Made by a program: the position numbers and the translations under genes. 64,000 bases of DNA from Pecten maximus (lineage: Eukaryota): the NCBI RefSeq assembly GCF_902652985.1, contig NC_047025.1, positions 35,278,001 to 35,342,000 of the forward strand, given 5' to 3'. The notes under the pieces are model-generated. The model did not search any database, was not told where the DNA came from, and saw nothing but the letters and a program-made list of their open reading frames with translations. Numbering within the stretch: position 1 is the stretch's first letter; every line of letters begins with the position of its first letter. Below are positions 13,180 through 25,642 of this stretch, piece after piece.

Positions 13180-15850
13180 AATTATTTGTGATGGCTTCTT
13201 GGACTACAGACTGTCCACTGGGTCATTGGAGATTATTTGTGATGACTACTGGGACTACAGACAGTCCACTGGGGCATTGGAGATTATTTGTGTTGACTAC
13301 TGGGACTACAGACTGTCCACTGGGTCATTGGAGATTATTTGTGTTGACTACTGGGACTACAGACTGTCCACTGGGTCATTGGAGATTATATGTGTTGACT
13401 ACTGGGACTACAGACTGTCCACTGGGTCATTGGAGATTATTTGTGTTGACTACAGACTGTCCACTGGGTCATTGGAGTTTATTTGTGATGACTATTGGGA
13501 CTACAGACTGTCCACTGGGTCATTGGAGATTATTTGTGTTGACTACTGGGACTACAGACTGTCCACTGGGGCATTGGAGATTATTTGTGTTGACTACAGA
13601 CTGTCCACTGGGGCATTAGAGATTATTTGTGTTGACTACTGGGACTACAGACTGTCCACTGGGTCATTGGAGATTATTTGTGTTGACTACTGGGACTACA
13701 GACTGTCCACTGGGGCATTAGAGATTATTTGTGTTGACTACTGGGACTACAGACTGTCCACTGGGTCATTGGAGATTATTTGTGTTGACTACTGGGACTA
13801 CAGACTGTCCACTGGGTCATTGGAGATTATTTGTGTTGACTACTGGGACTACAGACTGTCCACTGGGTCATTGGAGATTATTTGTGTTGACTACTGGGAC
13901 TACAGACTGTCCACTGGGGCATTAGAGATTATTTGTGTTGACTACTGGGACTACAGACTGTCCACTGGGGCATTGGAGATTATTTGTGTTGACTACTGGG
14001 ACTACAGACTGTCCACTGGGTCATTGGAGATTATTTGTGATGACTACTGGGACTACAGACTGTCCACTGGGTCATTGGAGATTATTTGTGTTGACTACTG
14101 GGATTACAGACTGTCCACTGGGGCATTGGAGTTTATTTGTGTTGACTACTGGGACTACAGACTGTCCACTGGGGCATTGGAGATTATTTGTGTTGACTAC
14201 TGGGACTACAGACTGTCCACTGGGTCATTGGAGATTATTTGTGATGACTACTGGGACTACAGACTGTCCACTGGGTCATTGGAGATTATTTGTGATGACT
14301 ACTGGGACTACAGACTGTCCACTGGGTCATTGGAGATTATTTGTGATGACTACTGGGACTACAGACTGTCCACTGGGTCATTGGAGATTATTTGTGATGA
14401 CTACTGGGACTACAGACTGTCCACTGGGTCATTGGAGATTATTTGTGTTGACTACTGGGACTACAGACTGTCCACTGGGGCATTAGAGATTATTTGTGTT
14501 GACTACTGGGACTACAGACTGTCCACTGGGGCATTGGAGATTATTTGTGTTGACTACTGGGACTACAGACTGTCCACTGGGGCATTGGAGATTATTTGTG
14601 ATGACTACTGGGACTACAGACTGTCCACTGGGTCATTGGAGATTATTTGTGTTGACTACTGGGATTACAGACTGTCCACTGGGGCATTGGAGTTTATTTG
14701 TGTTGACTACTGGGACTACAGACTGTCCACTGGGTCATTGGAGATTATTTGTGTTGACTACTTGGACTACAGACTGTCTACTGGGTCATTGGAGATTATT
14801 TTTGTTGACTACTGGGACTACAGACTGTCCACTGGGGCGTTGGAGATTATTTGTGTTGACTACTGGGACTACAGACTGTCCACTGGGGAGTTGGAGATTA
14901 TTTGTGTTGACTACTGGGACTACAGACTGTCCACTGGGTCATTGGAGATTATTTGTGATGACTACTTGGACTACAGACTGTCCACTGGGGCATTGGAGAT
15001 TATTTGTGATGACTACTGGGACTACAGACTGTCCACTGGGTCATTGGAGATTATTTGTGATGACTATTGGGACTACACACTGTCCACTGGGTCATTGGAG
15101 ATTATTTGTGTTGACTACTGGGACTACAGACTCTCCACTGGGTCATTGGAGATTATTTGTGATGACTATTGGGACTACAGACTGTCCACTGGGTCATTGG
15201 AGTTTATTTGTGTTGACTATTAGCTAGGACTACAGACAGTCCACTGGGTCATTGGAGATTATTTGTGATGACTACTGGGACTACAGACTGTCCACTGGGT
15301 CATTGGAGATTATTTGTGATGACTACTGGGACTACAGACTGTCCACTGGGTCATTGGAGATTATTTGTGTTGACTATTGGAACTACAGACTGTCCACTGG
15401 GTCATTAGAGATTATTTGTGATGACTACTGGGACTACAGACTGTCCACTGGGTCATTGGAGATTATTTGTGATGACTACTGGGACTACAGACTGTCCACT
15501 GGGTCATTGGAGTTTATTTGTGATGACTATTGGGACTACAGACTGTCCACTGGGTCATTGGAGATTATTTGTGATGACTACTGGGACTACAGACAGTCCA
15601 CTGGGTCATTGGAGATTATTTGATGACTACTGGGACTACAGACTGTCCACTGGGTCATTGGAGTTTATTTGTGTTGACTATTAGGACTACAGACTGTCCA
15701 CTGGGGCATTGGAGATTATTTGTGTTGACTACACACTGTCCACTGGGTCATTGGAGATTATTTGTGTTGACTACTGGGACTACAGACTGTCCACTGGGTC
15801 ATTGGAGATTATTTGTGTTGACTACTGGGACTACAGACTGTCCACTGGGG
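13180..15850. repeat. 51-bp minisatellite, ~52 copies
   Basis: Unit gactactgggactacagactgtccactgggtcattggagattatttgtgtt. Source of the repetitive ORFs at 13152-15859. Confidence 0.98.
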
Positions 15851-15967
15851 CAGAATTAAAGTGTTGACACAAACTCTTGTTTACACCCTACCTTAAAGTA
15901 CAAGTTAAATGCTAAACAAATATTGTCAAGAAACCAGATTCATGACCATTTGCTAGATTTAAAGTCC

Positions 15968-16152
15968 TTACAAGGAGAATGGAGAGGTTATAATGACCGT
16001 CACCTGAGGTTTGGTATATTATGAGAAAACCTTTCTACAGTTTCAGTACTACAAGGAGAATGGAGAGGTTATAATGACCGTCACCTGAGGTTTGGTTTAT
16101 TATGAGAAAAGTTTTCTACAGTTTCAGTACTACAAGCAGAATGGAGAGGTTA
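15968..16152. repeat. ~81-bp tandem duplication x2.3
   Basis: tacaaggagaatggagaggttataatgaccgtcacctgagg... repeated. Confidence 0.85.
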
Positions 16153-16631
16153 AATGTTCATTATATACAAATGTGAAACCCACAGTGAGCAAGACCCATG
16201 GGCCTGAACTACATGTATATATGAAGATGGATCAGAAGATTTCACCGAGCTTTTCTCAGCTGGCGTAGAAACATGAAGAATGATGACATATTATCTCATA
16301 CCTATGTATGAAACACTGATCATGTAATACAACATAATCTTATAAATGACTTTGTGAATAATAATGTGTAATCATGAAAAGTATTCAAAAGCAATCACTA
16401 TCTTAGGGGAAATCTGAAAGAAAGGGCCAAACAGAACTCTCTGTAGTATATAGAAACCAATGTTCCTTTTATGGAAATGGTGATCATGGCCTTGACTTTG
16501 ACATCATGACTGAAAATGTGATCCTGAATGAAGATGGAGAGGAATCAGCCCAATTTAACACAATTCAGAAATATTTAAAGACTGAATGTCTATAAAGATG
16601 GTATATTTGAGGAGATAAAAGATATGTACTA

Positions 16632-17733
16632 TATATTTTTAGGTCACATGGCATGAATTGCCAGTGAGTTCATGGTATGGTGCAGAAGTGGTCGTACATT
16701 GTCCATCTGTCTACTTTTAACTTCTAGAAAACTTGGTAATCATATTAAGCCAGGAGGTACCTGGAGTAAAGTACAGTTTCCTCATCTGAATGACCTTGAC
16801 CTATTCTCAGTGCCTAAGATGGAGTATTATGAACTTTCTCATAGATAACCTTGACCTATATTCAAGGTCATATGAGTCAAATTGTTAAAAAATACTTTTG
16901 AGAATCTTCTTAAGTTCGAGAAAACCTTGTGTACTCATGATTGACTAGTAGGTCTATCTGCTATGGAGTGCTGTGAAGTTTCCTCATATCAATGAACTTT
17001 TACCTAATTTCAAGGTCACATGCATGGGTAATACATGTAAAATACTTCAAGACTCTTAATTCTTCATCTCAAATTCTAGAAGATCTCGAATCCTTATGTT
17101 TTGCCAATGGGTTTCCAGGACAGAGTACCATACAATTTCCTCATATAACTTACCTTGACCAATTGTCAAGGTCACAGGAGTCAAAAAGGCAAAATTCATC
17201 TGAAAATCTTCTTTTCAAAATACATATAAAACCAAGAGGCCCAATATTTTCAAGGTCACATGGGTCAAATAGTTAAAAATTCCTTTGGGAATTTGGTTTT
17301 GAAGTTCCAGAAGACCCAAGGTATTGATATTTGACAAGTATGTTTCTTAGATGGAGCATGATCAAATGTAAGGTCACAGGGCTGAAATATGTAAAACAAA
17401 TAACACTAAACTTAAAGTAGCACTGGTAGTAATACTACACAGGATTCATGGCACCCTTCTCAGTGCTGTAATGGTTCCATATGAGTTATACAGGACATGA
17501 ACAGGGGTAATTTTTGGTATTGCAATACCAGTACCTTAACTAACATTGCATAACCTGTTTTGACTCATCCATGCATCAGTGAATAATATCACCTCAATCA
17601 GAAATATTACATGCTATTTTTGGAAACATCATGATCACTAACATACGGTCAACATGAAAACACAAAATAGTAATATTGCCATTATTTCTTTGTAGCCAAG
17701 TGAGCGATTCATGCCGTCTGGGCCTTTTGTTAA
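16632..17733 (-). mobile_element. Degenerate HINE-like element
   Basis: Starts tttttaggtcacatg, has repeated gaccttgacc / tcaaggtcac motifs, and ends gtgagcgattcatgcc...gggccttttgtt, the reverse of an aacaa.aggcc-type start. Confidence 0.45.
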
Positions 17734-17880
17734 CAAAAGATTTAATGTTTGTGTTATATACACAATTTACCTACAAGAGAGTGAGGGATTTGGAGTAAGC
17801 TTCTACCTAATCCTATACCCATCAGATTATGCCCTAGGATTTAACTTTATTTCAGGTGAATTTTAAAGTAGAGTGGTATT

Positions 17881-18106
17881 CAATCCAGTTATGTTAAGTG
17901 GTAACCAAGGTGAATGGTATATATTCGTATCAATCCAGTAATATTACGTGGTAACCAAGGAGAAAGGTACATATTTATATCAATCCAGTAATGTTACGTG
18001 GTAACCAAGGAGAATGGTATATATTCATATCAATCCAGTACTGTTATGTAGTAACCAAGGTGAATGGTATATATTCATATCAATCCAGTAATTTTATGTA
18101 GTAACC
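17881..18106. repeat. 50-bp tandem repeat x4.5
   Basis: caatccagt at 17881, 17931, 17981, 18031, 18081. Confidence 0.92.
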
Positions 18107-19337
18107 ATTATCTATAAATACATGTCAATCAGAGCATGCATTCGATCTATTCATGAATAAATAACCAACCCCAAGCCAACATTAACCAAAACAAGAGGCC
18201 CAGGGGGCCTCATCTGTCACCTAACTGAATCTCAGTATTGCTCTAGAAGATGATCACATTTTAGCTCAAATGGTTATTGCCCCAGTGTTGTCGATCTGTC
18301 AAGTCAACTCTTCACTTTAAACAACTTCTTATAGAAGTGTTAGAAATCGAATGCTCATGTTTGGTCATTAGGTACCTGGGTTGGAGTGCTATTAAATTTC
18401 TTCAAATGACCTTGAGCATAGAGCAAGGTCATAGAAATCAAATATCTTATAAGCTTATGAATCCTTTCCCAATTCTGGAAGACCAAGGGCCATGTGTCAT
18501 ACTAATTGTGTTTTTTAGCATAAAAAGAAAATTGAATGGCAGGAAACCATTCAATATCCTCTATATATATATAATAAGTAATATTGTTGTATAATAATAT
18601 TATAAGTGCCTGTTAAGTGTCTTATAAAGTATTCACACTAAAATGTCTTCACAGGATGTATGTTTGTGTTATAAAGTATTCACACTAAAATGTATGAGTC
18701 TGTTTCATCGTGTCTATGGAATTATTTAAATTTCACAAATAAATTTTCTTTATATTTCTGATATTTTTCAAAAATGAAACTGTACATTTGACACAATTGT
18801 AAAATGATGATTTGGAGAGACTGAAGACAGAGTATAGTAGGCCATTTAGCTGATTACACTTGGCACAAGTAATCCCAGCTTGGCAACTATGTATCAGTGA
18901 TGTACGTAAAACACACTATTGATTCCTCCTGACATTTCCAAAACAATATCTCATCCCACTAAGTCAGGGTCCTGTTGATGGCTACCTGAGCTCCCAGAAT
19001 AGGCCCAAACACTGATTTACATTGATTTCCAATATCAAGATATATCCAGAACCGCCATAATAATGTCCTTTAATTTCCTGTATAACAACACAACAAAGAC
19101 CTGTTGTGACAATTACTTACAAGTTTTTATAGTATCAAGCCACCTACCTAATACAAGTCTAATTAATACAAGAATACTGCATTATTTCATTGCTTCACTG
19201 TAAGTTTGTCTTGTTTTTATGACATTAGAGGCAGCAAGATTGGGAAAATTTCCCTATAATTTAACTGTTAATGTTTCGCTAATTCTTTGATCTAATCTGT
19301 CCCTTTGTTTTAATGTTTTGTTGAATATTGTTGAAGG

Positions 19338-20293
19338 TGTGTATTTTGTCCTTGTGTGTGGATGCTGTGGTATATTTTGTCATTGTGTTGATTCTGTGAT
19401 ATATTTTGTCATTATGTTGATTCTGTAGTATATTTTGTCAGTGTGTTGATTCTGTAGTATATTTTGTCAGTGTGTTGATTCTGTAGTATATTTTGTCCAT
19501 GTGTTGATTCTGTGGTATATTTTGTCCATGTATGTTGATTCTGTGGTATATTTTGTCCATGTGTTGATTCTGTGGAATATTTTGTCATTGTGTTGATTCC
19601 GTTGTACATTTTGTCATTGTGTTGATTCTGTAGTATATTTTGTCAGTGTGTTGAATCTGTAGTACATTTTGTCAGTGTGTTGATTCTGTAGTATATTTTG
19701 TTATTGTGTTGATTCTGTGGTACATTTTGTTATTGTGTTGATTCTGTGGTATATTTTGTCAGTGTGTGTTGATTCTGTGGTCTATTTTGTCCGTGTTTGT
19801 TGATTCTGTTGTAAATTTTGTCCGTGTGTTGATTTTATGGTATATTTTGTTATTGTGTTGATTCTGTGGTATATTTTGTCAGTGTGTGTTGATTCTGTGG
19901 TACATTTTGTCATTGTGTTGATTCTGTGGTATATTTTGTCATTGTGTTGAATCTGTGGTATATTTTGTCAGTGTGTGTTGATTCTGTGGTACATTTTGTC
20001 AGTGTGTTGATTCTGTGGTACATTTTGTCATTGTGTTGATTCTGTAGTATATTTTGTCCGTGTGTGTTGATTCTGTGGTACATTTTGTCATTGTGTTGAT
20101 TCTGTGGTATATTTTGTCAGTGTGTGTTGATTCTGAAGTATATTTTGTCAGTGTGTGTTGATTCTGTGGTATATTTTGTCATTGTGTGTTGTTTCTGTGG
20201 TATATTTTGTCCGTGTGTGTTGATTCTGAAGTATATTTTATCATTGTGTTGATTCTGAAGTATGTTTTGTCAATGTGTTGATTCTGTAGTATA
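19338..20293. repeat. 29/31-bp minisatellite just downstream of the WDR89 stop
   Basis: Unit gtgttgattctgtggtatattttgtcatt. Confidence 0.96.
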
Positions 20294-20399
20294 TGCTATC
20301 AATCTGTGTTGTTATATGTGTAATTATTACAACAGTTCTGATTGAAATATAACAAAAGAATAGTAAAACTGATAGTTATTTTTATAATGATTTGCATAA

Positions 20400-20450
20400 T
20401 CAATAAGGCCTTGATTTTTTATGTGAGGCACTCTTCATCTTTGACTTGAC
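20400..20450 (-). CDS. WDR89: WDR89 last coding exon (VKSKMKSASHKKSRPY*)
   Basis: Acceptor ttctgttcttgttccag, phase 0, 51 nt ending in TGA. Basic C-terminal tail comparable to the WDR89 'SMK..S' tail. Confidence 0.8.
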   Translation of the reverse strand, partial: VKSKMKSASHKKSRPY

Positions 20451-20696
20451 CTGGAACAAGAACAGAAAATGAAATTAACATTCATTAATTTCACATCATT
20501 GATGAAAGACAAATAGAGACACGTTTGAATATTGTAACTATTTTACCTGTAGAAACATTTTCTGAGAAGTAGCACACAAAATTTACCATTAAAGGAATAA
20601 CCAATGCTAGGCTCTCTATGATCATAGTAAAGAGACTCTCTTATGGAGAATGATATTCAACCAACTGGGGCAGCTTGTCACAGGCAATGGACCTAC

Positions 20697-20822
20697 CTTT
20701 CCATGTGAGGGTGTAACTTGACCGTCCGCGACACTAACTGTCCCGTGGGGTGTGCGAAGTTGACCATCCTTGGACCAGAGACACAGATACGAATCCTCTC
20801 CCCCAGTCACTAAACTTGTAGT
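20697..20822 (-). CDS. WDR89: WDR89 penultimate coding exon (TTSLVTGGEDSYLCLWSKDG...SHGK)
   Basis: Acceptor tttttgtaaacag, 126 nt, phase 0 to 0, donor AAG|GTAGGT. Matches WDR89 'SLLTGGEDAQLLLW'. Confidence 0.9.
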
Positions 20823-20905
20823 CTGTTTACAAAAATAAATATTTTACTGATATCTTTTATGTATAAATCAAGGTTGTAAAATTCATTGTAATACACATAA
20901 ATAGA

Positions 20906-21222
20906 AAGTGTGAAATCTAAAATTCTAAAGTGTGAAATCTAAAATTCCAAAGTGTGAAATCTAAAATTCCAAAGTGTGAAATCTTAAGTTCTAAAGTGTG
21001 AAATCTAAAATTCCAAAGTGTGAAATCTAAAATTCTAAAGTGTGAAATCTAAAATTCTAAAGTGTGAAATCTAAAATTCCAAAGTGTGAAATCTAAAATT
21101 CTAAAGTGTGAAATCTAAAATTCTAAAGTGTGAAATCTAAAATTCTAAAGTGTGTGATATCTAAAATTCTAAAGTGTGTGAAATATAAAATTCTAAAATG
21201 TGAAATCTAAAATTCTAAAGTG
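20906..21222. repeat. 22-bp intronic minisatellite
   Basis: Unit aaagtgtgaaatctaaaattct. Confidence 0.96.
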
Positions 21223-21565
21223 TCCATATATTGATTACAGGCATCAGGACACATGAAGTGTGACAACAATAGTAACAGGGTAGTCATGAGATCAAACTGT
21301 TGGATCAAATTAAGATGATGACACTAGCTTAAACACAATATTGTCAGACTATATTCAATGTGTCAATGAAACAGGATTATCATTATTTACTTAAATGCAA
21401 GGAGTTCATATGAGATAATGAAAGAGCATCTTTGATCTCAGGCCAAAAAAGAGACCTTGACCTTGGGAAGCCGCTGGACAAAACTATGGACAGTGGAGGA
21501 TATAATGATTTAATGAACAAGACTACAAACAATGCAAAATATCCATCTGGAAAATGTTTAATCAC

Positions 21566-21671
21566 CTGACTGTCCCAGTACGTCACCCGAACTGTAGAGT
21601 TATGTCCCTTGGATAATGTTGTCACCACACAAGGGGCATCACCTGACACATCCACCAGCCTAATGTCACCA
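21566..21671 (-). CDS. WDR89: WDR89 internal exon (S-GDIRLVDVSGDAPCVVTTLSKGHNSTVRVTYWDSQ)
   Basis: Acceptor cttttccag, 106 nt, phase 2 to 0, donor CAG|GTGATT. Has a WD40 GH..VR...W motif like WDR89 'LQGGHAATVRSFCWN'. Confidence 0.88.
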
Positions 21672-21992
21672 CTGGAAAAGTATTGGTCAATTGTCATTGT
21701 GTTAAATGTACTATTAATCATTATTGTGTTTTAGCACTCATTAAGATAACTAGAACTGTAAACACATAGCAGACTAATACCACCCACTACCCCTCATTTA
21801 TAACCATGGCAACCAAATGACATCTTTTGTCTAAGAAAATAGCACCACTGTATTACCCCTCAAAACACTTTTACATGTGTACCACACCTCAGCTTAATGA
21901 GACAATATTTCAATATTGACCAATCAGAAGCCTCTATTGTATATCCATGTTAACAGTTCTAGAAACACCTGCTGTCTTAAAGAATAGGCATT

Positions 21993-23232
21993 AACAAGAG
22001 ATCCCAGAGGAATCTTGGTTCCTACCACCATTTAATTTATTGGTTCTATGTCAGACTGACCTCTCTACTTGGCTACCATGGCAACTAAAATTTCTGAAAA
22101 AAAATGCTTGCATATCTGCACATATTCTATAACATTCCTGCATAATTTTATTGAAATTGGTAAACTAATTTTGAAGGAGAAGTCTGGACAACATGTGTCA
22201 ATTTGTGGCATCAAGGGCCATAACTCCTCTGAAAAAATGAAAATTTGATGGAACTTTTAGGGAGACAGACATGTCGTAAACTAGAACTGTCGCCAGGATG
22301 GCTGACTAATACCCCCGCAATCTGCATGAGTCAATGGTGAATTAGAACTGTTAATTAGAGGCTAACTAAGATAACCCAGTAATGTAGTGACCACTTGCCA
22401 TAGCAACCATAATTTTGAGAAAAAGAAAGTGGCATGCACATCTTCACATGGTCCTCTATATTTGTGTGAAGTTTCATTGAAATCGGCCCTTCGGTTTAGG
22501 AGGAGTTGTCTGTACAAACTTAAAGTTATGGTTCTTATCGTAAAACCTGTTTATAGTGACCACTTGCCATAGCAACCATCATTTTGAGAAAAAGAATGTG
22601 GCATGCACATCTACACATGGTCCTCTATATTTGTGTGAAGTTTCATTGAAATCGGCTCTTCGGTTTAGTAGGAGTTGTCCGGACAATCATAAAGTTATGG
22701 TTCTTATCAGAAAACCTGTTTATAGTGACCAGTTGCCATAGCAACCATAATTTTGGGAAAAAGAAAGTGGCATGCACATCTACACATGGTCCTCTTTATT
22801 TGTGTGAAGTTTGATTGAAATCGGCCCTTCGGTTTAGGAGGAGTTGTCTGTACAAACTTAAAGTTATGGTTCTTATCGGAAAACCTGTTTATAGTGACCA
22901 GTTGCCATAGCAACCATAATTTTTAAAAAAAGAAAGTGGCATGCACATCTACACATGATCATTAATATTTGTGTAAAGTTTCATCGGAATCGGCCCATCG
23001 GTTTAGGAGGAGTTGTCCGGACAAAATGTGTCTACAGACAGACGGACGGACGGACAGACGACCTGATTCCAGTATACCCCCCTAACTTCGTTGCGGGGGT
23101 ATAATAACAAAGATTTTGAATTCTATACATAATCCTAGGAGGTGTAGGGGGTACAAAAGTGTGTCTGCAGACAGAAAGATTCCAGTCCCCCCCCCCCCCC
23201 CTCCCCTCCCCTCCCCTTTGTCATGGGGGATA
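21993..23232 (+). mobile_element. Older HINE-like element interrupted by the 22279-23105 element
   Basis: Starts aacaagagatcccagagg (similar start near 41310). Resumes after 23105 with gtgtctgcagacaga...ttccagt-C-run...ggggga ta, a degenerate 3' hairpin. Confidence 0.5.
22279..23105 (+). mobile_element. Intact non-autonomous Helentron-associated (HINE / pearl-CvA-like) element
   Basis: 5' aactagaac start; subterminal inverted repeat atacccccgcaa (22309-22320) / ttgcgggggtat (23091-23102); ~3.8 internal 169-bp repeats; (GACG/GACA)n microsatellite; 3' hairpin tataccccc...gggggtata. Confidence 0.8.
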
Positions 23233-23257
23233 GGGTGAGTGTATATGTATATGGTTA

Positions 23258-24548
23258 AGTAGTGTGTCTCACCTGTGTGTACCTGTAGTTAGGTTGTGTG
23301 TCTCACCTGTGTGTACCTGTAGTTAGGTAGTGTGTCTCACCTGTGTGTACCTGTAGTTAGGAAGTGTGTCTCACCTGTGTGTACCTGTAGTTAGGTAGTG
23401 TGTCTCACCTGTGTGTACCTGTAGTTAGGTTGTGTGTCTCACCTGTGTGTACCTGTAGTTAGGTTGTGTGTCTCACCTGTGTGTACCTGTAGTTAGGTTG
23501 TGTGTCTCACCTGTGTGTACCTGTAGTTAGGTAGTGTGTCTCGCCTGTGTGTACCTGTAGTTAGGTTGTGTGTCTCATCTGTGTGAACCTGTAGGTAGGT
23601 TGTGTGTCTCACCTGTGTGTACCTGTAGTAAGGTAGTGTATCTCACCTGTGTGTACCTGTAGTTAGGTAGTGTGTCTCACCTGTATGTACCTGTAGGTAG
23701 GTTGTGTGTCTCACCTGTGTGTACCTGTAGTAAGGTAGTGTATCTCACCTGTGTGTACCTGTAGTTAGGTAGTGTGTCTCACCTGTGTGTACCTGTAGTT
23801 AGGTAGTGTGTCTCACCTGTGTGTACCTGTAGTTAGGTTGTGTGTCTCACCTGTGTGTACCTGTATTTAGGTAGTGTGTCTCACCTGTGTGTACCTGTAG
23901 TAAGGTAGTGTGTCTCACCTGTGTGTACCTGTAGTTAGGTTGTGTGTCTCACCTGTGTACCTGTAGTTAGGAAGTGTGTCTCACCTGTGTGTACCTGTAG
24001 TTAGGTAGTGTGTCTCACCTGTATGTACCTGTAGGTAGGTTATGTGTCTCACCTGTGTGTATCTGTAGTTAGATAGTGTGTCTCACCTGTGTGTACCTGT
24101 AGTAAGGTAGTGTGTCTCACCTGTGTGTACCTGTAGTTAGGTTGTGTGTCTCACCTGTGTGTACCTGTAGTTAGGTAGTGTGTCTCACCTGTGTGTACCT
24201 GTAGTAAGGTAGTGTGTCTCCCCTGTGTGTACCTGTAGTTAGGTTGTGTGTCTCACCTGTGTACCTGTAGTTAGGAAGTGTGTCTCACCTGTGTGTACCT
24301 ATAGTTAGGTAGTGTGTCTCACCTGTATGTACCTGTAGGTAGGTTGTGTGTCTCACCTGTGTGTACCTGTAGTTAGATAGTGTGTCTCACCTGTGTGTAC
24401 CTGTAGTTAGGTTGTGTGTCTCACCAGTTTGTACCTGTAGTTAGGTTGTGTGTCTTGCCTGTGTGTACCTGTAGTTAGGTTGTGTGTCTCACCTGTGTGT
24501 ACCTGTAGTAAGGTAGTGTGTCTCACCTGTGTGTACCTGTAGTTAGGA
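23258..24548 (-). repeat. 34-bp minisatellite made of the WDR89 exon end plus splice donor, ~38 copies
   Basis: Unit cacctgtgtgtacctgtagttaggtWgtgtgtct. The terminal copy overlaps the coding exon 24527-24603. Confidence 0.97.
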
Positions 24549-24603
24549 AGAGTCTGTTATTGACATCAAAGCAATCTACCAGGTAGTCGATAGAGTCATC
24601 TCC
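24527..24603 (-). CDS. WDR89: WD repeat-containing protein 89, internal exon (GDDSIDYLVDCFDVNNRLFLTTGTH+AG)
   Basis: Acceptor tttttttttgtctag, 77 nt, phase 0 to 2, donor CAG|GTGAGA. Resembles WDR89 'ALDYLIGGLY...LHVIGGT'. The phase joins the next exon exactly. Confidence 0.85.
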
Positions 24604-24993
24604 CTAGACAAAAAAAAAGAGCTTATAATGAATTATTCCTCACCTGACTTTACTTAATTGTTGTCACTCATTATGTTGAAACAAAATTTTTATTTTCAGG
24701 ACAGGGAGATAAAGCAAACGACATGCACTGACATGTAGACACGGAAATCAGCCGACACAGTGACGCAAGCCTAAAAATCAGCCAACAGTGATGTAGGCCT
24801 AAAAATCTGCCAATACAGTGATGTAGGCATGAAAATCAGCTTAAACAGTGATGTAGGCCTAAAAATCAGCCGACACAGTGATGTAAGCCTAAAAATCAGC
24901 CGACACAGTGATGTAGGCCTAAAAATCAGCCGACACAGTGATGTAAGCCTAAAAATCAGCCGACACAGTGATGTAGGCCTAAAAATCAGCTTA

Positions 24994-25642
24994 GGTAGCA
25001 CACCACAGTAAGACAGCCTGGCCATGGGCAATTTTTTTGTTAAGCAAATAACTCCTGTATTATGATATGTATAAAAAATGAAAAAATAAATGTACACTAT
25101 AATTGGTATATCCAGTATGAAGTAGTACATACAGGCTTCACATTTATTAAAACAAAAATCAATAAATTGGTTCCGGATTTTAAATATCCGGATTTTCCGA
25201 ACGTGTGTTTACACAGGAAATTTAGTTTCGCCTACAGCGCAAAATGGAAGCCCACAGAAAAGGTAAGATAGCGGAAAAACTTAATTTACAACATATGTCC
25301 AAACAAGATTAATTCTGTCTTTGGGATAGAGATATTTAATTTTAAATAGGTTTCAGAAAAAAAATTGTGTAGAGAATTGTGCCATTTTGGGTCAAATATC
25401 ATAATATTTTGCAATTTTTGAGAATTTTTTAAGCTGTTACCATGGTATTCACAGCTCTAAAAATCACAGAAAATATCAGTTTACTTATCCTTCAGAGCTC
25501 TATTAAAATTGCAAATGTTGTACAGATTTCAAATATATATACTTTATTAGAGGTTATATGTAAGGTTAACTGGCAATGTTTACATATCTAAAGCATGTGC
25601 CATATTTTTCAGAATTTGGCATTTTTACTGTACACTGCTACC
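24994..25642. mobile_element. MITE-like non-autonomous DNA element, copy 1
   Basis: Imperfect TIRs GGTAGCAcaccaCAGTAA ... TTACTGtacacTGCTACC, no transposase ORF. Confidence 0.8.

Noticed and set aside
13199-15223. 674-aa ORF as a genuine gene
   Set aside because: It lies entirely within a 51-bp minisatellite whose length is a multiple of 3. It has a non-ATG start, no unique domain and an overlapping second open frame.
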